The notes under the pieces are model-generated. The model was not told the origin of the DNA. It saw only the letters and a list, made by a program, of their open reading frames with translations, and made no database searches. 64,000 nt of DNA from Candidatus Bathyarchaeota archaeon. Its GTDB lineage: Archaea; Thermoproteota; Bathyarchaeia; TCS64. This document shows positions 35,863 to 44,820 of the stretch, piece after piece. A program made the translations under genes and the position numbers. Each line of letters opens with the position of its first letter. Within the stretch, counting starts at the first letter, position 1. Where the stretch lies: the NCBI GenBank assembly GCA_043826455.1, contig JBDRQD010000002.1:1-64000 (forward strand), in the 5' to 3' direction.

Positions 35863-37014
35863 TTGTTCAAGGCGCGTTTCTGGGTGAGGCTGTTGTTGGC
35901 GGTCTCCCTGTCATTAGCCGCCACGGCTCCAGCCGCCCTGTGCTCCTCTGGGCCGAGCTCACGGTACGGGTGCCGGTTGGTCTACGACTCTGTGAACGAG
36001 AGGCTCATGATGTTCGGAGGCACCTACGAGGGGACGTCGCCTCAGGTCTATGACGACACGTGGGCCTTCGACTGGGACACCGAGTCGTGGAGGCTTCTGG
36101 AGGTTGAGCCCCACCCGCCACTGCGAATGGACTACGGAATTGTGTACGTCCCGGAGCTTGAGGGCTTCATCCTCTTCGGGGGGTGGAACAAGGGAGGTTG
36201 GCTGGGGGACACGTGGCTCTACGACTGCGCCTCCCAGACTTGGACTGAGCTTCACCCCGCCGCGGCGCCCGAGGCCAGGACCAGCATGGGGTTCTGCTGC
36301 GACGAGGCGAATGGCGTCCTAGTGCTTTACGGTGGTTACACGGAAGCTCTACCCGACATGGGGGACACGTGGCTCTACGACTACTCCACAAACACGTGGA
36401 CGGAGGCCGCGCCGGAGGCCAGCCCACCGGCCCTGTACGGGTGCGAGATGATCTATGACCCATCCACCCAGGCCGTGCTCATGTTCGGGGGCCACTACTA
36501 CGAGAATGACAGGGACTTCTTCATAAGGAGCGTGTGGGAGTACGATGTGGCTGCTAACACGTGGACTGATCGGCAGACGCAGAGCGGACCCTCTGAGAGG
36601 TACTGGCAGAACACGGCGCATGATAGCCAGGACGGCACCGTGATAGTCTTCGGGGGGAGGCGCCTCGGGAGCCAGTACGACGACACCTGGATATATAACC
36701 CAGGCGACGACAGCTGGACGAGGCTCGACGTGGCTCGCCGCCCCCAGGCCCGATTCCAGTCAGCCTTCGCCTACGACCCGGTGCGTAACGCGGCTGTGCT
36801 GTTCGGCGGCTTCACCTTCGAGAATCGTCAGAACTTCGGAGACACCTGGATACTTGACTTATCCCAGGAGAGCCCAGACTGGAGGCAGGTGGGCGAAGGG
36901 ACACAGCCTGAGAGCGCACCTTCCTCGGGTATAGACGGCTTCCCCGCCGAGACCATCTTTCTGGGGATGCTTGCATTTCCTCTGCACGCTTACTTCAGGA
37001 GACGAATGTCATGA
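35863..37014 (+). CDS. Secreted Kelch-repeat beta-propeller protein with C-terminal anchor
   Basis: Signal peptide; six FGG...DTWxYD repeats; GIDGFP-TM-RRR tail. Confidence 0.9.
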   Translation: MFKARFWVRLLLAVSLSLAATAPAALCSSGPSSRYGCRLVYDSVNERLMMFGGTYEGTSPQVYDDTWAFDWDTESWRLLEVEPHPPLRMDYGIVYVPELEGFILFGGWNKGGWLGDTWLYDCASQTWTELHPAAAPEARTSMGFCCDEANGVLVLYGGYTEALPDMGDTWLYDYSTNTWTEAAPEASPPALYGCEMIYDPSTQAVLMFGGHYYENDRDFFIRSVWEYDVAANTWTDRQTQSGPSERYWQNTAHDSQDGTVIVFGGRRLGSQYDDTWIYNPGDDSWTRLDVARRPQARFQSAFAYDPVRNAAVLFGGFTFENRQNFGDTWILDLSQESPDWRQVGEGTQPESAPSSGIDGFPAETIFLGMLAFPLHAYFRRRMS

Positions 37015-38291
37015 AATCTGAGACCTCATCACTGTCTTTTAAAAAAAGTTTCATGCACGGTGCGCTTCTGCTTTGTATCATCCTTCAAACATCAGCACAG
37101 CTGCCGTCAACGCTCGCAACAGACTCGAACCCCTCGGAGAGGTACGGTGCAGCCATGGCATACGACGAGGCGAACGGGAGGCTCATACTCTTCGGGGGCA
37201 GCGAATGGGACGACACCCCCACATTCTACGACGACACGTGGGCCTATAACTACAGCTCCAACGAGTGGGTGGAGCTAAGCCCCGCGGTTCGGCCTCCCCC
37301 CAGGTTCAACCCCGGGGTAGCGTACATCCCGGACAGGCAGGCCATCCTCATCTTCGGCGGGTACAAGCCCCCCGAGCGTAACCTAGGCGATACCTGGCTG
37401 TTCGACGTGAAGACGGACACTTGGCGAGAGCTGGAGCCCTCGAACAGCCCCACGCCGCGGAGCAACGTGGGCATGGCATACGACACCAAGAACGGGAAGG
37501 TGATCCTCTTCGGGGGCAGCAGCAACTCCGAGTATCCTACATCAGACACGTGGGCCTACGATTTCGAGGCGAACACCTGGACGGAGATGCATCCGGCGGC
37601 CTTCCCCAAGCCCCAGTACGGCGTCGGTATGGTTTACGACTCCCTGAACGAGCGCATCCTGCTCCTGGAGGGCCACTGGGTAACCAGGGAGAGCGGCGCG
37701 GTGAGGGACGGCTACGACGGCGGACTCTATACGTACGACTATGCCGCAGACACCTGGACGAAGATAGAGTGCTCGACACCGCCCGGGCGGTACTGGTACT
37801 CGACCGCGTACGACAACGACCTTGGGCGGATGATAGTGTTCGGCGGCATCAGGTGGATCGGGGGATACGGGAACATGTACGACGAGACATGGGTCTACGA
37901 TTCTGAGACGAATACATGGTCCAAATCCATTGAGAAGGGTCCCGAGAAGAGGTACATATCGGGGATGGCCTACGACCAGGGCGGCGGGGTGACCGTGCTC
38001 TTCGGCGGCGCAGTTGTCGTAGGTGATGCGCCGGGGGGAGGCGACCTGCGGGAATACTACTCGGACACCTGGGCCCTCAACGCCACACTCGGGTGGAGCA
38101 GGCTCCTCGAGTCCGCGGCCCCAGTTGAGCCGGCAGAGGCGGAGGAGCCCGAGGCGGACATGGGTATCCCGGCGTTCCCTGTTGCCTCGTTATCAATCGG
38201 CCTCGGCGTGGCGCTCCTGTACCTGAAATGGAAGAGGCTTTCAAAAGCCGCATGGGATGTCTCCCCCGGGGGAGACTCCCAGCATATATAG
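37011..38291 (+). CDS. Secreted Kelch-repeat beta-propeller protein with C-terminal anchor, paralog
   Basis: Signal peptide; Kelch repeats; GIPAFP-TM-KWKR tail. Confidence 0.9.
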   Translation: MKSETSSLSFKKSFMHGALLLCIILQTSAQLPSTLATDSNPSERYGAAMAYDEANGRLILFGGSEWDDTPTFYDDTWAYNYSSNEWVELSPAVRPPPRFNPGVAYIPDRQAILIFGGYKPPERNLGDTWLFDVKTDTWRELEPSNSPTPRSNVGMAYDTKNGKVILFGGSSNSEYPTSDTWAYDFEANTWTEMHPAAFPKPQYGVGMVYDSLNERILLLEGHWVTRESGAVRDGYDGGLYTYDYAADTWTKIECSTPPGRYWYSTAYDNDLGRMIVFGGIRWIGGYGNMYDETWVYDSETNTWSKSIEKGPEKRYISGMAYDQGGGVTVLFGGAVVVGDAPGGGDLREYYSDTWALNATLGWSRLLESAAPVEPAEAEEPEADMGIPAFPVASLSIGLGVALLYLKWKRLSKAAWDVSPGGDSQHI

Positions 38292-38317
38292 GGTCCCGCG
38301 GATTAACGTCTGTTGAG

Positions 38318-38926
38318 ATGAGTAAGCAGGACCTCCGGAAGGAGCTGAAGGAGTACTACACGGCTAAGAAGAAGCCCGAGCTGGTGGACGTTCCCGAGGG
38401 CGTGTTCCTAACCATTGTTGGGCAGGGAGACCCAAGCGGCGAGGAGTATATGCAGGCCATGATGGCATTGTACGGGGCCGCCTACACGCTGAAGTTCAGG
38501 CAGAAGGAGCAGGGCAGGGACTTCACGGTCATGGGCCTGGAGGGGCTCTGGTGGACCGACGACATGGTATTCGATCCGACTGACCCGGAGAACAGGGCCA
38601 GGTGGCGGTGGAAGAGCATGATCAGGCAGCCCGGCTGGGTGACCCAGGCTATGTTGGATGAGGTGCTGCCCGAGCTCCGGGAGAAGAGGGGCGGCAAGGT
38701 GGACCAGGTCAAAGTGGAAAAGTTCCACGAAGGGCTGAGCGCTCAGGTGATGCACGTGGGGCCCTACAGCGAGGAGGGGCCCACTATAATGCTTCTCCAC
38801 GGCTGGATTAAGGAGCAGGGCTTCAGGCTCCGTGGCCGCCACCACGAGATATACCTGAACGACCCCAGGCGCACCGCGCCGGAGAAGATCAAGACCATCC
38901 TTAGGCAGCCCGTGGAGAAGGCGTAG
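38318..38926 (+). CDS. GyrI-like small-molecule-binding protein
   Basis: LEGLWW, MIRQP, HVGPYSEE and HHEIYLNDPRR motifs. Confidence 0.9.
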   Translation: MSKQDLRKELKEYYTAKKKPELVDVPEGVFLTIVGQGDPSGEEYMQAMMALYGAAYTLKFRQKEQGRDFTVMGLEGLWWTDDMVFDPTDPENRARWRWKSMIRQPGWVTQAMLDEVLPELREKRGGKVDQVKVEKFHEGLSAQVMHVGPYSEEGPTIMLLHGWIKEQGFRLRGRHHEIYLNDPRRTAPEKIKTILRQPVEKA

Positions 38927-38967
38927 CACCAGGGTTCAAATACGGGGGCGCCGGTCATAGTGCCCTG

Positions 38968-39825
38968 TTGGACCCCACATATCTGACGCTGCTGCTGCCC
39001 ATCGCCAGCCTCACATGCCTCAACATGGTGATCCGCCTCTCCGTGGGCAGATCAAAGACCAGGTGGGGCGTCATAGCGTTCAACTACATGACGGGCGCCA
39101 TCATAAGCCTCGCCCTGGTTCTGAGCGGCGGCGGGTTCACGGCGAGCCCCTTCACGCTGGCCCTGGGCGTGGTAACTGGTGCCCTGTACACCTGCGGCAT
39201 GTTCCTCAGCATGACCACCATGGGGCGGAGCGGGGCATCCATAGCGGCCTCCGTGTCCCAGCTCAGCGTCACCGTGCCTGTGGCCATGTCCGTGCTGGTC
39301 TACGGTGAGACCCTGAGGGGCCTGCAGCTCCTGGGGGTGGCCGTGGCGGTTGCTGCGCTACCCTTCCTGGCCTACAAGAAGAAGGGAGACCGGAACGGCC
39401 CGGTGGACAGCAGCCTAGTACCACTGATGGCTACCATGCTGGTGGTGCAGGGCTTCGCCCAGCTCAGCAGCAAGGCGTTGGTGGCCGGCGGCCTGGAGGC
39501 CGAGAGGAACATGTTCTTCCTAGCGGTTTTCACCTCGGCCACCCTGCTGGCGACGCCCCTCGCTTACAGGGTGAGGGACAAGGTGGTTTTCCCACGGGAC
39601 GCGGGCTTCGGAGTCGGTCTGGGCGTGTTCAACATGCTCACCAACATGAGCATACTGCTGGCCCTGAGGAGCGTCCCGGCCAGCCTCTTCTTCCCGCTGA
39701 ACGGCTCAGGTGGGCTTATGCTCACCACCTTCGCGGCGACGCTATTGTTCAGGGAGCGGATCAGCAGAGTGAACGCCATGGGGGTTGCCCTCACTCTGGC
39801 GGCCGTGGTCCTCATCAACCTGTGA
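38968..39825 (+). CDS. EamA/DMT family transporter
   Basis: About 10 TM in two repeats; YGE and FRE motifs. Confidence 0.85.
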   Translation: MDPTYLTLLLPIASLTCLNMVIRLSVGRSKTRWGVIAFNYMTGAIISLALVLSGGGFTASPFTLALGVVTGALYTCGMFLSMTTMGRSGASIAASVSQLSVTVPVAMSVLVYGETLRGLQLLGVAVAVAALPFLAYKKKGDRNGPVDSSLVPLMATMLVVQGFAQLSSKALVAGGLEAERNMFFLAVFTSATLLATPLAYRVRDKVVFPRDAGFGVGLGVFNMLTNMSILLALRSVPASLFFPLNGSGGLMLTTFAATLLFRERISRVNAMGVALTLAAVVLINL

Positions 39826-39866
39826 GCCGGGCAACCTGTTTATAGTCCCCAAGCCGTGGTTCAGCT

Positions 39867-40703
39867 ATGAGCATCCTCAGAGAGAAGACGCAGCGCCTCA
39901 TAGAGGACACCGCGGAGGAGTACCCTGCAGTCATGGGGCTGCACTCCGTGAGCCTCACCGACCCTGACGACGAGCTGTCGCTGAACGCCGACGAGGTGTT
40001 CCCCACGGCCAGCATCATCAAGGTGCCCGTGCTCCTAGAGTTCTACAGGCAGGCCGAGGAGGGCGCCCTGGACCCGGGCGAGGTCAGAGCCCTCAAGGAG
40101 GAAGACAAGGTGGGGGGCAGTGGCGTCCTCCAGCATCTCACCGTCGGCTCCACCGTGCTGACGCTGGAGGACTACGCCCGGCTGATGATCAACCTGAGCG
40201 ACAACACAGCCACCAACGTGGTCATCGACCAGGTGGGCCTGGACAACGTCAACGGGCTCCTCCAGGGCCTCGGCCTCGACGCGACCAGGCTGGCGAGGAA
40301 GATGCAGGTCAAGGGCCTTGACCCTGACAGGGTGGAGAACCTGTCAACGCCCAGGGAGCTGACAGGGCTCATGGAGGCGATCCACCGGGGCGAGGGCCTG
40401 AGCCCGGGCGTCTGCGAGAAGACGCTGGTCATCCTCAGTCTCCACAAGCCCGGGGTGATCAGGGACGCCGTGCAGAATGGGGTGGATGTGGCGGACAAGA
40501 GCGGGTGGATGGGTGGCGTGGAGTGCGACACAGGCATCGTCTACACGTCCAAGCCCTACGCGGTCACAGTCATGGCCAAGAACATCCCCGCCTGGGACTT
40601 GGGCGGCCTAGAGGCCAAGGAGGTCCTCAGGGAGCTGGTCTCAACTGTCCACGACTACTACCTGAACGTGGGGACGGCCACCAGGCACGGCCGCAGGCGC
40701 TAG
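39867..40703 (+). CDS. Serine hydrolase, class A beta-lactamase-like fold
   Basis: ASIIK (SxxK), SDN and KSG motifs; no signal peptide. Confidence 0.9.
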   Translation: MSILREKTQRLIEDTAEEYPAVMGLHSVSLTDPDDELSLNADEVFPTASIIKVPVLLEFYRQAEEGALDPGEVRALKEEDKVGGSGVLQHLTVGSTVLTLEDYARLMINLSDNTATNVVIDQVGLDNVNGLLQGLGLDATRLARKMQVKGLDPDRVENLSTPRELTGLMEAIHRGEGLSPGVCEKTLVILSLHKPGVIRDAVQNGVDVADKSGWMGGVECDTGIVYTSKPYAVTVMAKNIPAWDLGGLEAKEVLRELVSTVHDYYLNVGTATRHGRRR

Positions 40704-40896
40704 AAGACTCAAACGTCTAAGGGGCCTCTTCCATTGGCTCTTCGGGCCCCGTTACCCAGTTTTCCTTCGTTTTATGGGCGGATGCAGCTAAAATGTGATT
40801 GAACCCAGTCAAGAAGTGGAACAGAGTACCAAAACCCGGATATTTAACCTCGTGTATAGGAGTCGATCAAGAGGAGTAGTTACACTTTGGAAGGCG

Positions 40897-42288
40897 ATGA
40901 CGATGATGTTCAAGGAAAGAGTAGCGGAACTGGAGAACTACATCTTCAAGCGGATGGGCGACGCCGAGATAATAGGCCTCAGCATCGCCGCAGTGAAGGA
41001 CGGCCAAGTAGCCTACAGTAACGGTTTCGGTTTCAGGGATTTTGATAAGGGCAGCAGCGCGAACCCGGAGACCACGTACTGCATAGGCAGCGTGACCAAG
41101 AGCTTCACGGCCCTGGCGGCGCTGCAGCTCCAGGAGAGGGGCCTCCTCAGCTTAGACGACCCCATAACCAGGTACGTAAACTTCAAGGCCAAGCCCATGG
41201 GGGAGCCCATACGCGTGAAGCACCTCCTGAGCCACAGCAGCGGCCTCCCCTCACTGGGATACGCCGAGGCCACCCTGGGGGCGGTGACCGAGACCTATGA
41301 CAGCTGGTTCCCCATAAGCAGCCCCAAGGACCTCCTGATCTTCATGAGCGGGGCCGACGAGTGGGCCCTGGCCAGACCGGGAGAACGCCACGCGTACCTG
41401 AACGAGGGCTACATCCTGCTGGGCAGCATAATCGAGGAGGCCTCGGGACGCGACTACGTGTCCTATGTGACTGAGAACATCCTCCGCCCCCTGGGCATGG
41501 ACAGGAGCACCTTCATGGAGGAGGACGTGAAGAGGGACAGGAACGTGGCCACCCCCTACGTCACCAACAAGGACGGCGTCAAGGTGGCCACCAGGTACCC
41601 CTACGGGCAGATGCTGGCCGACGGCGGCCTCATGAGCAACGCCGTGGATATGGCAAGGTTCACCGAGATGCTCCTTAACCTGGGTGAACTTGATGGCGTC
41701 CAGGTGGCGCGGCCCGATACAGTGCAGGCTATGATGGAGCCCAAGATACGCACGGTGGAGGAGCCTGTGCCGGGGGCGGGCCACCACAGCTACGGGTACG
41801 GGATGCGCATAAAGGAGGAGTTCCTAGGCCACAACCTGGTGTACCATAGCGGCAGCGTCTACGGTTCCAGCGCCTACATGTGCCTGGTGCCCGATGAGGA
41901 CGTGGCCGTGGTCATACTGGCAAACGGAGGCTACTTCCTGGAGGACATGGGGGAGTACGCCATGGCCCTGCTACTCGGCAGGGAGCCCGGTGAGGTGCCC
42001 TACATGAAGAGGACTGGCGCCCTGGACAGGCTGACCGGCACCTACAGGACCTTCAAGGACACCTCCAGCTACGAGGTGACCCGGAGCAGCGGCATCCTCC
42101 AGCTGGAGATGACGTGGGGCAGGAGAACCTACACGGTGCCCCTCATCCCTGTGGACCTTGAGGGGGAGCCCAAGCTGTTCAGGATGTGCGGGGTGGAGGC
42201 CACGACGCCGGTGGAGTTCTTCCAGAGGGGCGGCGCCACCTACATGGTGTACGACCGCACCATGGCCAAGAAGGCCAACGGCTGTTAG
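40897..42288 (+). CDS. Serine hydrolase, class C / Pab87-like peptidase with C-terminal domain
   Basis: GSVTK, LLSHSSG, YLN and HSG motifs. Confidence 0.9.
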   Translation: MTMMFKERVAELENYIFKRMGDAEIIGLSIAAVKDGQVAYSNGFGFRDFDKGSSANPETTYCIGSVTKSFTALAALQLQERGLLSLDDPITRYVNFKAKPMGEPIRVKHLLSHSSGLPSLGYAEATLGAVTETYDSWFPISSPKDLLIFMSGADEWALARPGERHAYLNEGYILLGSIIEEASGRDYVSYVTENILRPLGMDRSTFMEEDVKRDRNVATPYVTNKDGVKVATRYPYGQMLADGGLMSNAVDMARFTEMLLNLGELDGVQVARPDTVQAMMEPKIRTVEEPVPGAGHHSYGYGMRIKEEFLGHNLVYHSGSVYGSSAYMCLVPDEDVAVVILANGGYFLEDMGEYAMALLLGREPGEVPYMKRTGALDRLTGTYRTFKDTSSYEVTRSSGILQLEMTWGRRTYTVPLIPVDLEGEPKLFRMCGVEATTPVEFFQRGGATYMVYDRTMAKKANGC

Positions 42289-42422
42289 CCTGCCCCATTT
42301 TAGCCCTTTTTCTAATCCCCGTCTTTCATCCAGTGAATAAGCGAAACGAGAAATCAACACGAGCCACGTGATGTGGAAACTTAAAAATGCGCCCTGAACC
42401 CCTAAAGGTATCAGTGTTCTAA

Positions 42423-43526
42423 ATGGGCGCCACGAGGAAGAGTAGGGCACGGGACCTGGGCGTACCCTTCGACGGGGAGCCGGGTACCTTCAACGCCATA
42501 ACCGACGTGAAGGGAGTTCTGGTCGGGCACTCGACCATCATCTCAGGGGAGGGTAAGATGGTGGTCGGCAAGGGCCCAGTGAGGACGGGCGTCACCGCGG
42601 TCCTGCCCCGCGGCAGGTGCTATGATCCAGTCTTCGCAGGCTGGTCGTGCCTCAACGGGAACGGTGAGATGACCGGCACCACCTGGGTGGAGGAGTCCGG
42701 TTTCCTAGAGGGCCCCGTCATGATCACCAACACCCACAGCGTGGGGGTCGTCCACGACGCCGTCATCGAGTGGATGAACCAGAGGAAGGCGGAGAACCCC
42801 ACCATAGGCGAGGTTCACTGGTCGCTGCCCGTGGTGGCTGAGACCTACGACGGGCGCCTCAACGACATCAACGGGTTCCACGTGAAGAAGAAGCATGCCT
42901 TCCAGGCCCTTGAGTCGGCTGCCTCGGGCCCCGTCGAGGAGGGAAACGTGGGCGGAGGCACAGGGATGATATGCCACCAGTTCAAGGGCGGCATCGGCAC
43001 GGCCTCGAGGCGGCTGAGTGAAGATGAGGGAGGGTACACGGTGGGCGTCCTGGTTCAGGCCAATTATGGGCTGAGGCCGCTCCTCACGGTGGCCGGCGTC
43101 CCTGTGGGCCGCGAGACACCGGACCTGATGCCCGCCATCAGTGGCGAGGGCGGCTCCATCATCGTGGTGGTGGCCACTGACGCGCCCCTGCTGCCCCACC
43201 AGCTGAAGCGGCTGGCTAGGAGGGCGCCCCTCGGGATAGCCCGTGTGGGCGGCGTCGGCGGCGACAGCTCCGGGGACATCTTCATCGCCTTCTCCACGGC
43301 CAACCCCGGGGTTCACGGGAAGGGCAAGGTGTCTGAGCTCAGGATGCTGTCCAACGACCTCAACACTGGGCTGTTCCTGGCCACGGTCCAGGCCACGGAG
43401 GAGGCTATAGTCAACGCCCTGGTGGCCGCCGAGACCATGACAGGCGTCAACGGCAACACGGTCTACGCATTACCCCACGACAGGCTGAAGGACGCCCTGA
43501 GGAAGTACAATCGGTTGGCCGAGTGA
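42423..43526 (+). CDS. dmpA: DmpA / P1 family aminopeptidase
   Basis: NAITDV, NGNGE, EGNVGGGTG, GS autoprocessing site (GGSIIVV) and SGD. Confidence 0.92.
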   Translation: MGATRKSRARDLGVPFDGEPGTFNAITDVKGVLVGHSTIISGEGKMVVGKGPVRTGVTAVLPRGRCYDPVFAGWSCLNGNGEMTGTTWVEESGFLEGPVMITNTHSVGVVHDAVIEWMNQRKAENPTIGEVHWSLPVVAETYDGRLNDINGFHVKKKHAFQALESAASGPVEEGNVGGGTGMICHQFKGGIGTASRRLSEDEGGYTVGVLVQANYGLRPLLTVAGVPVGRETPDLMPAISGEGGSIIVVVATDAPLLPHQLKRLARRAPLGIARVGGVGGDSSGDIFIAFSTANPGVHGKGKVSELRMLSNDLNTGLFLATVQATEEAIVNALVAAETMTGVNGNTVYALPHDRLKDALRKYNRLAE

Positions 43527-43669
43527 ACCGCGCGAGCGCCGCTCGGCCAAGGAACCCCATCGGGCACTGGCCCCGACGCGGCTCACCAACATTCTACCTA
43601 TGCACAATGCGTGTCGCCGGGAGCCGTGCACCGGGGACCACAACCAATATGGAGCCCCGCTTCCTGTGA

Positions 43670-44671
43670 GTGATCGAGATGTCCACCGATCACATATGGG
43701 ACAGGATCAAGGACAAGAGTAACGTCGTAGGCTACTCCAAGAGGCTGAGAAGACGCATAAGGGACGGCGTTGAGATGGAGGAGGAGGTCATAAGGGTCTA
43801 CGTCTCCAGGAAGCTCCACGCCTCAGCCCTGGACCTAAAGGACCTTATACCCGGGGAGATCGACGGTGTCCCCACGGACGTAGTCGAGATAGGGGACATG
43901 AGAGCCCTGAACATCTACCCTATGGCCCACGTGACGAGGGTTCGCCCACTCGTCGCGGGGGTAAGCATAGGTAACTGGGCGATAACGGCGGGGACCTTGG
44001 GCTGGTTCTTCAGGGATGGTAGAGGAAGGGATATGCTGGGCAGCAATGCCCACGTCTTCGCAGAAGACCCCCTGAGCCAATCGTCAGGCGAGACCCGCAT
44101 AGTGCAGCCGGGCAGGGCAGACGGGGGCATAGTCCCTGAGGACATGGTGGGCACGTATAACTGGCACCAGCCCCTCGCCGGGAGCGGCTGCGCATTCTCC
44201 AACGCCATTGTGGGCCTGCTGAACGGCGCCAGCGCCCTCCTCGGTAGGAGAACCAGGTTCCATCTCAAACTTACCGACAGAGCCAGGATCGACTTCGCCG
44301 TCGCCGAGCCCACCGTCGATTACGAACTGAAGCTGCTAACAGCCGAGGAGTGGGACGACTTCGTGGGCCTCGGGTTCGCCGGGAGCTCACAGGCCAGCTT
44401 CTTCTGCAAAGCGGAGCACATAGAGGCGGCAGGCTGGAAACCCGTGGAGAAGACCATCCAGGCCGTGACCATCGGGGACACCATTCACAAGATCGGGCGC
44501 ACCTCCGAGTACACATCGGGCCAGATCCTGGACGACTCGGCCTACGGCAGGGTCAGCTACGGCGGCCTGAGCCTGGTGGAGTTTGACGACGTCATCCTTA
44601 CGACCCCCATGTTGGAGGCGGGGGACAGCGGGGACTCGGCCTGGAAAACCATGATTAGGAATGCAGAATAA
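43670..44671 (+). CDS. Trypsin-like (S1) serine protease with N-terminal prodomain and rearranged C-terminal barrel
   Basis: AGTLG, SNAHV (His), IDFA (Asp), GRT and GDSG (Ser). Confidence 0.85.
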   Translation: MIEMSTDHIWDRIKDKSNVVGYSKRLRRRIRDGVEMEEEVIRVYVSRKLHASALDLKDLIPGEIDGVPTDVVEIGDMRALNIYPMAHVTRVRPLVAGVSIGNWAITAGTLGWFFRDGRGRDMLGSNAHVFAEDPLSQSSGETRIVQPGRADGGIVPEDMVGTYNWHQPLAGSGCAFSNAIVGLLNGASALLGRRTRFHLKLTDRARIDFAVAEPTVDYELKLLTAEEWDDFVGLGFAGSSQASFFCKAEHIEAAGWKPVEKTIQAVTIGDTIHKIGRTSEYTSGQILDDSAYGRVSYGGLSLVEFDDVILTTPMLEAGDSGDSAWKTMIRNAE

Positions 44672-44820
44672 GTGAGGCGGTTTTCTGACAGCGTCAAGTT
44701 GGGGAAAAATTAGGCAGACTAGTAATCAGCTATTTTATTAAAATTAAAATGGTTCAGCAAATGCGCCACGTAATATGGTTAATCTTATTTTACCACCAGA
44801 GGATAAGAAGATGATTCATC

